DNA of 64,000 bases from Podarcis liolepis (Eukaryota). The notes below the pieces were generated by a model, which saw only the letters and a program-made list of their open reading frames with translations, was not told where the DNA came from and ran no database searches. The DNA is taken from NCBI GenBank assembly GCA_965112155.1, contig OZ218098.1; one strand, written 5' to 3'. Made by a program: the position numbers and the translations under genes. Each line of letters opens with the position of its first letter. Within the stretch, counting starts at the first letter, position 1. Shown piece by piece: positions 26,001 to 64,000 of this stretch.

Positions 26001-27849
26001 CCAAAAGAAGCCCAGGGCAATATACAACAAAAGATAAAACAATAAAATACATAAATAAAGAAAATGCATGGGAAAGCCGAAAATATCTGTAAATGAACAA
26101 AATAATTCAAACACAGAATAGTCCACTGTGGTTAGGCATTATAGAGCAAATTGTAAAGGCTGGAGGTAAATGAAATTGCCTTCAACTGATGTCTAAATGC
26201 AAACAAGTAGGACAACAGTGGACATTGCAGTTAGGGTGGCATTGCGGAGAAGGCCCTGCTGCATGTTCCCAAATCACAAATCCTAGGGAGGACTGCAAAT
26301 AGACACACCCACCCTGGTAGATTTAAAAAATTGAGCCAGCTGGTATTGGAGGAGCTTCCGAAGATGCTTGTGTGTAACAGTTATTTAGGACATCCAGTTC
26401 ATCTGCTGGTTCAGCGATGGCATAGGAGCAAGATAGGAAGCTGCCTTATCTAGAGCCAGACCTTTCGTCCATTTAGCTCACTGACTGGTTGTGAGTCTCC
26501 AGGGTCATCCAGCCCTGCCTGGGTGATGTCTTGTTGAGAGGAGGTTAGGATACAAACAAGCAAACAAATCAAAAGTAGCTATTGCAACATCCTCTGTAGC
26601 TTATCCAAAACAAAATTTACTGAGGCTCAGCAAACGACAAAAATAACATTAGTCTACTTTTCATTCATGTCATGGCAATAAAGTGTGCACACAAATGTAC
26701 ACATCAAAAGAGTGGTTGCCATGGCCAAACTCTGTTATCTGCCACCTTCCCTATCCTTTAGTTTGAAAGACTCAAATATCAGAAAGTCCAGCCCTGATTT
26801 GGGCTTCATTCTTTCTTCCCTGCCATGCTTCAGGTAGGCTGTCTGTCTTTTTATTTATTCATTTTTAAACAACAAAGCACCGCTGTTAAACCATTAAAGA
26901 CTGTAAAATACCTATGTGGATGGTGGTGGAGGGGAGATGGGATCACAACATCACAGCTGCCAGCCAATCAACACTGCGTGTGGTTTAAGTCTGTCACAAA
27001 CCTGCAGAATCCCAGTGGCAATGAGCGTGCTTCACTCCTACCCTGCCCTCCAGTGGGAGCCTCTGCTGGATCTGGGTTCCTTCTATGAAGAACATGTCAG
27101 GATCCAACCCATTATTTATGATTACACTTTAGTGTCATTCCTTCAAGGACGGTGTACATGGGGCACCTGTTTCGTCCCCCTACTTTTATTCTTGTAGCAG
27201 TCCTTCAAGGTAAATCCATGTGAGAGATGGAGGCTGGCCCCAAGGTCAACTTCATGACTGAGCTGAGTTTGGTAGCCGAATAATTATTATTGTTCCTGGA
27301 GAACCTGCACAGCTGCTCGCAAGAATCTCAGGAAACACAGGTGCTAGTATTCCGCTTATCATCTCTTCTTGTCCCTGTCCGTGTTTGTAAAGGAAGTGAG
27401 TTTGGCATCTTTCAGCAAACTTTCCTTCTTCAAAAGATTTCCCCTCCCACACAAGCACAACACCCCTTCCCATAGGAAGTGTGGCAGCACTTACTGGTTT
27501 CCTGCTGCTGACTGGCTTCTGCTAGGTGTAATTTAGTGTTGTACAGGGGAAAACAATATTGTTGTCAGGAGGGATGTTATGGTCGGGTTCTGTAATTCCA
27601 TGTGCAGCCGGACTTTGAAATGTCTCAGCCAAGCGAAATCTACGGTTAGAGGCAGTGTTGGACATGTTCGGCACGTACAAGTGAGGCAACAAACCGAATC
27701 AAGTTGCTTTGGTTTTCAGTGAAGAAAACGTGGGTTTCTGCTTCAGTTTGTAAAGTAAGGCCTTGTTTCATAGTCTGCATGCCAGTATTGTTTGAGGTGC
27801 ACAGAAGAGTCCGTGGTTTGCAGAACTTAGCAGAAGAACCTCTCACATA

Positions 27850-28134
27850 CAGCCGCCAACTCCTTTGGGCAGTGAGGGAAATGGAAAGCAAGTTGCCAGA
27901 GTGCAGGAGGGAGGAGAGAAGGGGCAGCACCTGCTGCTGAGTCAGCTGGGTAGTGAGCACTGGCTGAGGAACAGGGGCGGATGGGGGAGTGTACTGCCCC
28001 CAGCACCATCGGGGAGGGGGTACCATCGCGGCCGCCCCCCAACACGCACCGTGCACCATGCCCCTGGGACGCGCGCCATCCCCACCCCCACCTGCTCTCC
28101 ACCCCTGGTGCCAAAGCATGCAGCTTGGCCACTG
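27850..28134. mobile_element. GC-rich putative PIF/Harbinger-like non-autonomous element
   Basis: Ends cagccgccaact / agcttggccactg are imperfectly inverted; GC/CpG-rich interior with abrupt edges; explains the overlapping spurious ORFs. Confidence 0.4.
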
Positions 28135-28415
28135 ATTGTGAGTCCACAGATATAGAAAAAAGTGCACACTCACATGGAAAAGGCAATGGCTCCTGCCCTT
28201 TCTGACACATGGCAACGTGAACTAAATAAGGAGACAAAGCTACTGTTCAAAATCAAGTAGAATTGTGAGCATGTACTATTGGATTGCTGTGATATATTTG
28301 ACATTATTGACTGAAGTCAATTGAATGTTAAACGGTGTCGATCGACCACTTTGTCTTAGAAACCATAAGTTCAAATGCAGTTGGCCTCCAATCAACCATT
28401 TGGCTGCTTGCTTGC

Positions 28416-28640
28416 TTATTTATTTATTTATTACATCTCTAGACCCACTTTCCCGCCAAAGAGCTCAGAGTGTTGCACATGGTTCGCCAGTCTCCATGTT
28501 ATCCTTACAACAACCCTGTGAGGTAGATCACTCGAGTCTATGGTGGCCCAGGATGATTCAGTGAGGTTAATGGGTGGGTTGGAATTTGGACCTTGGTCTT
28601 CCAGTTCCTGGCCCAACACTCTCCTATACCATACTGGCCT
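28416..28640 (-). mobile_element. Older tRNA/CORE-type SINE
   Basis: (ttat)n tail, ttatccttacaacaaccctgtgaggtag, ggaatttggacc, taccatactggc. Confidence 0.7.
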
Positions 28641-28799
28641 TTGTGGCTGACACAAAATAAACTAAGATGGTAAAAATGGAAGGTTTCTGCCAGGAGCTTC
28701 AAAAGGAACTCTCCAAACCAGGTGAATGGGCAACAAAATGCCAAAGGTAGTTCAAGGTAAGTAAAGTGCTGTTCATTGGGGGGCAAAAAACCCAAATCC

Positions 28800-29310
28800 T
28801 GGCTTTACTGTATAAATTGACTGGGTCTTAACTGGCAGTTACTGATCAGGAAAATTATGTTGGAGTCATGGTTGATAGCTTATTGAAAAATCTGGTTTAG
28901 TCTAAAATAGCTAGAAGTTACTAGGAAAGGGATTTAAAAAAAATTGCCAGTATTGTAATGCTCTATATACAAATCTATTGTGGAGTCAAATTTGAGATAC
29001 TGTGCAATTTTGGGTCACCATGTCTCCAGAAGAACAGCTAGAAAAGTGTAGGAAAGGGCAATAGAAATTATTGGGGGGGGCCACTTTCCCTACAAGGAAA
29101 GGCTACGACGATTGGGGCTTTCTTGTTTGGGGGGGGGAGACGAATAAGGGGAGACATTACTGAGATTGTTCACTTTCTTCATTCTGTGTATAATTTTAGC
29201 AAATATACCCCCCTTTCTCTCAAAGTACTAGAACCAGGGGCCATCTGATGAAACTGAGTGGCAGCAGAGATTAAGGTGGAAGGCACTTCTTCATACAATG
29301 CACAAATAAT
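28800..29310 (+). mobile_element. Decayed CR1 LINE ORF2 fragment
   Basis: Degenerate LYKSIV...YCA.FGSP..LEKV..RA..ERL..LG signature with frameshifts. Confidence 0.7.
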
Positions 29311-29823
29311 GCATGGTTTGGCTTCCTGGGTCATGCAAACCAGGGCATAGGGGATCGTACTACAAACATTAGGAGCACACACTGGTGGCTTCTGGAACAT
29401 GCAGAGTTTTTGCCTTGGGGCAGGACATTACCTATGCTGTCAACTCCATCAACCTTGTCTCTAGTTTTTCTGCAGTAACCACCATTGGCCTCTCTGCTCT
29501 TAAGGAAGCTAACAGTACAAAGGCTATCCCAGCACTCACATTGCTCAGGGAACGAAGAGCACAATAGCACGTTCCTGTTTGCAACCTGCACTTCAGTTTT
29601 TTATTGGAGCTTTTCCTATTTTTGACCACAATGTGGCTAAACCATCATCCTTGCATTGTGTGGTTAGACTGCAGAATGTAGCTGTAACTTCATAAAAACA
29701 TCTTGCTATCAGCATGTATATTGCCATTCTTCTCTTAGCCTTTGAAAAGAAAGTTTGTCTCTTCTTTATTTTGTTTTTAAAGAGTAGCTTGAAGAACAGT
29801 GATCCATAAAACATGTTGAGATT

Positions 29824-30274
29824 TGTTGTTGTTTAGTCGTGTCCAACTCTTTGTGACCCCATGGACCAGAGCACCCCAGGCACTTCTGTCTTCCACTGCC
29901 TCCCGCAGTTTAGTCAAACTCATGCTGGTAGCTTCGAGAACACTGTCCAACCATCTCTGTCGTCCCCTTCTCCTTGTGCCTCAATCTTTCCCAACATCAG
30001 GGTCTTTTCCAGGGAGTCTTCTCTTCTCATGAGGTGGCCAAAGTATTGGAGTCTCAGCTTCATGATCTGTCCTTCCAGTGAGCACTCAGGGCTGATTTCC
30101 TTCAGAATGGATACGTTTGATCTTCTTGCAGTCCATGGGACTCTCAAGAGTCTCTTCCTGCACCATAATTTAAAAGCATCAATTCTTCGGCGATCAGCCT
30201 TCTTTATGGTCCAGCTCTCACTTCCATACATCACTACTGGGAAAACCATAGCTTTAACTATACGGACCTTTGTT
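29824..30274 (-). mobile_element. BovB (RTE-clade) LINE, 5'-truncated, with 11-bp TSD
   Basis: ORF 29920-30297(-): TKVRIVKAMVFPVVMYGSESWTIKKADRRRIDAF..RRLLRVPWTARRSN-like..YFGHLMRREDSLEKTLMLGKIE; (CAA)n tail; ATGTTGAGATT at 29813-29823 and 30275-30285. Confidence 0.95.
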
Positions 30275-31085
30275 ATGTTGAGATTATTGTACTGCATTTC
30301 TTAGGTAGGAGTATTGTATCTCATTCCATATTTTCCTTAAACATTTTTGGTTTAAGATTATTAAAATACTAATTCTGCACCTGGGTGGTTGCCCACAATT
30401 TCATCTTTTTTCTTGGTTGGGATGCAGCCCTCTTTTCTTTTTTCTTACCTTGTATCAGCAGGTGAAGCGAATGTGTTTTCCTTTTTTTCCAAGGGAAAAT
30501 CCTAGGTTTCAGTTACATGGTCCTGTTTCAGATCTCATATCACGCGCTCAAATTAATGCTAGTCAGAGGCACAAAACTCTAATTTTAGTCCATTCATCAT
30601 TCTCCTAATTAAGAGCCAGCTAATGAGTTGCCAGCTCAAATGCTTTCCTTTCATTTCATGGTGCTTTCCTCTCCTTAAAGCTGCATAGGCTGAGACAGGC
30701 TTACGCCTGCTTCCTATGGAGCAATAATACGTCTCTTACTGTTTCCCCAACCATTCTCTGTATGGAACCTTTACTTGATGATTAGCTTCAGATCGATGGC
30801 TTTTCTCCAGTGCAGCATAACTGTCTTATTTCTAGCTACTACGTGGCATAATTCCTCTCCACCCACTTGGTTAGAAATCACTGGCTCTGCCATTGAAACA
30901 ACAGTTTTGCTTGCTCACAGGATGGTAAATTGTAGCCAGTGGCTTGCACCGCTGTGAATAAGAGATAAGGTGGATGGAGCACACAATAATTCCTAGCCTT
31001 GTGTGTTATGTGTGTGTGACACTGTCCTTCAGTAGCCATCTCAGAGCTTAGTATACAGAAGAGTCAACATGATTGTTGAACAATA

Positions 31086-31311
31086 GAGTGGTACCTCGGG
31101 TTAAGTACTTCATTCATTCCGGAGGTCTGTTCTTAACCTGAAACTGTTATTAACATGAAGCACCACTTTAGCTAATGGGGCCTCCTGCTGCCGCCACACT
31201 GCCAGAGCACAATTTCTGTTCTCATCCTGAAGCAAAGTTCTTAACCTGAAGCACTATTTCTGGGTTAGCGGAGTCTATAACCTGAAACGTATGTAACCTG
31301 AGGTACCACTG
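31086..31311. mobile_element. Tigger/pogo-like MITE (226 bp)
   Basis: ta|gagtggtacctcgggtta ... taacctgaggtaccactg|ta; repeated internal taacctga. Confidence 0.8.
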
Positions 31312-33136
31312 TAGTACAGTTGAACCTGATAGGTGATGTCTTTGTGGCTCAGAAGAAAATGAAATACATCTTGTTGCTTTGTAACTTTTATAGAGATCTC
31401 CAGAGCTGATTGCCCCAACAATAGCCATTTTGGATCCCAGGAAATGGCTTGCATATTACACTTCTCATTTCTTCTCTGTTACAAACAGAAACCGTAGCTA
31501 AAATTATGTTGAGTGCAAGTAGGACACTGGCTGAAATCTTTTCCCAAGCCGATGTAACCAGGGTCCCTACCTGTCAATAGAGCCATTTGATATTGTATCT
31601 CATTTTTGTATGTTAACAGATGTTTGAGTCCTAGTGCAAAGTCTGTTGACTGGTTCAATAAACTGATTGAGCTGTACAACCGAAGCTATCCGTTAAGGGT
31701 GTCCTTTTGTTTTCAGGCAGCTTTTAAGTTTTTGCGAGGTTTTACTATTGATTTTGTTGGGGCTGTATTTCTGTATTGCTTTCCTCTTTGTTCTTTTATT
31801 GTGAGTAGCATTGTTCTTCTTGGAATTTTGAATTTTTGCTTTTTGATTGTGAGGCATCCTATTGGCACTGAAGGTATGGGATATTTAAAAAAATAGAAAT
31901 AAATAAATATGTAAAGCCAGCTGCCCTGTTCAAAATGTGGCTCTTAAAGCAACTCTTATCTGCTTTCCTCCCCTGGCAGAAGCACACCTGATTTCTTTTT
32001 TAAAATCAAGGTTGTTGTTTTTTAAGTGAATGGATTGCCCAACATTGCACCTGTAAGGAAAAGAAAACTGTTCCCAAATTCACATGTGTGAGAGAGACCT
32101 TCTCAAATGCATGCCCTCTGTTACTTTGAAACCGTGACTGCTAAACGCTGCTGACTTCATTAGAAAGCCTGGCCACCTGTGAAGAGGGTGGGTTGTGCAC
32201 CCTAACACAGTGGCCCATGCAGCTGTCTGGAGAACAGCATTGCCCTGAGGTTTGCCTTCACAGATAAAGAGGGACAACTGGGAATAGGTAAATTCCTTCT
32301 CTTGCAAATAAGCCAGCCGAAATGACTGAGACAACACTTAAAGTCAACCTGCCTGTCCTCTTCAAAGGACAAGAAGTTTGCCACGATTCTAGCTTCTGCT
32401 TTTTTGGAAAACAGCAGCTATTCCCCATCCCTCTGACCCTGTCCTTCCCTCCTACATGTCCGCTTTCTAAGTTTTCCATCCATCCCAGCACCAGCTGTCT
32501 GTTCCATAGCAGAACATGCATAGATCCTTGCATGCATTCATGCACATGCACTCTGTGGTTTGGGGAACTAATCCAACTCTGGCATTAGAAAGGGGGATGG
32601 AGTAATATTACCCTAACCCCACACCCCACACACATCCCAAAACCACACAGGAATTCCCCATACAAACCAAGCAGTTGTTATGCTGTAACAAAGTTGAGGT
32701 GACTGGGTAAGTGGGGCAGTAGTCCTTGCCCCCAGTCCAGTGTGAATAAATAATATCTGTTGCTAAAGAGCATTCAGCCCAAACGTGACTTGCTTGGTAA
32801 GGGGAGATGTTCCACTGTGTCAGGATCCTATTCCCCCTTCTAGGTGATCCATGCAGACCAAGACGGCTTGCCCTATACTCCGAGAACAACTGCTGTAGAA
32901 TACAATGGATAGCACGCAAGAGTTGGAGAGAAGGACCTACCTGTTTCCTAGCTTTGATAAAGAGACAAGCTTGCAAACCTCTGGCCTGGAAGGGAGCTTC
33001 TGAACCCTTGAAAGCAAAACACCATGGAGAAGATTTGTCATTTCTACAGAAGCAGTATGGTGGCAAAAGCTACACTTGCTAGCCTTCATCCTGCCATTCA
33101 GCCACTTAAGATATTGGCGGTTTTCTTGCAATCTTG

Positions 33137-33242
33137 TTGTTGTTGGCATCCGTCTGTCTCAGTAGACAATGAAGGAAGTGCGCCTTTGAGAGTGAAGTCA
33201 AACCGCTGGAGGGTTACAGCGTCTGCTGTGGCTTGGAAATCA
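33137..33242 (-). mobile_element. RTE-type LINE 3' end fragment
   Basis: gttgttggcatccgtctgtct..agacaatg..; similar copy at 36715-36905. Confidence 0.55.
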
Positions 33243-33496
33243 TAGCCTTGTTCGGGAAAAATGAGTCTGCTCTCTGTTTTTGATCAGAAGCCTATTGGAA
33301 AACAGTAAATGAAGGAACCCTGTTGGGAGGGTATCCTTGCATTCAGATCTGTAGAGTACATTCAGGCTGCATGGGCCAAATTGCCTTGAATTTTTCCTCT
33401 TGCCAGCACTCATTCTCACTCATGGCCTTTTTATCTCCAGGACGTTTCTGCCCTGCAGAACTTTGATATAATTATTCCCTGACACTCACCAACTAA

Positions 33497-63930
<30,434 letters not shown>

Positions 63931-64000
63931 TAAATCCCACTGAATTCAATGAAGCTCCTCCCAAGTAAGGGTGCATAGGATTGCAGCCTTAGTTGAAATT

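Noticed and set aside
27646-28237. Longest ORF in the track (189 aa) and overlapping ORFs
   Set aside because: Low-complexity G/P/W-rich translations in several frames over a GC-rich putative transposon; no recognisable domain.

Overview
Eukaryotic (vertebrate) genomic DNA from a squamate reptile, most likely a lacertid lizard, judged from Sauria-SINE, Squam-type tRNA SINE and BovB remnants. The whole window lies inside the alpha-actinin-1 gene (ACTN1, + strand). Bases 1-33592 are the distal part of the long first intron (exon 1 is upstream of the window). Coding exons 2-15 follow, all with GT-AG boundaries and compatible phases (1713 nt = 571 codons: CH1-CH2 actin-binding domain, neck, spectrin repeats 1-2 and part of 3). 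The gene continues past the right edge. The most notable feature is an intact second copy of exon 8 (8b, 49619-49704), 1.8 kb after exon 8a and absent from the ORF track. It has the hallmarks of a mutually exclusive alternative exon. The introns carry young hAT and Tc1/mariner-pogo MITEs with target-site duplications, BovB/CR1/L2/RTE LINE fragments, SINEs, hairpins, microsatellites and several candidate regulatory modules. Nearly all ORFs in the track are spurious, exon read-throughs or LINE remnants. No prokaryotic-type system, CRISPR array or RNA gene is supported. Repeat family names and comparisons with other species are from memory, not from a database search.
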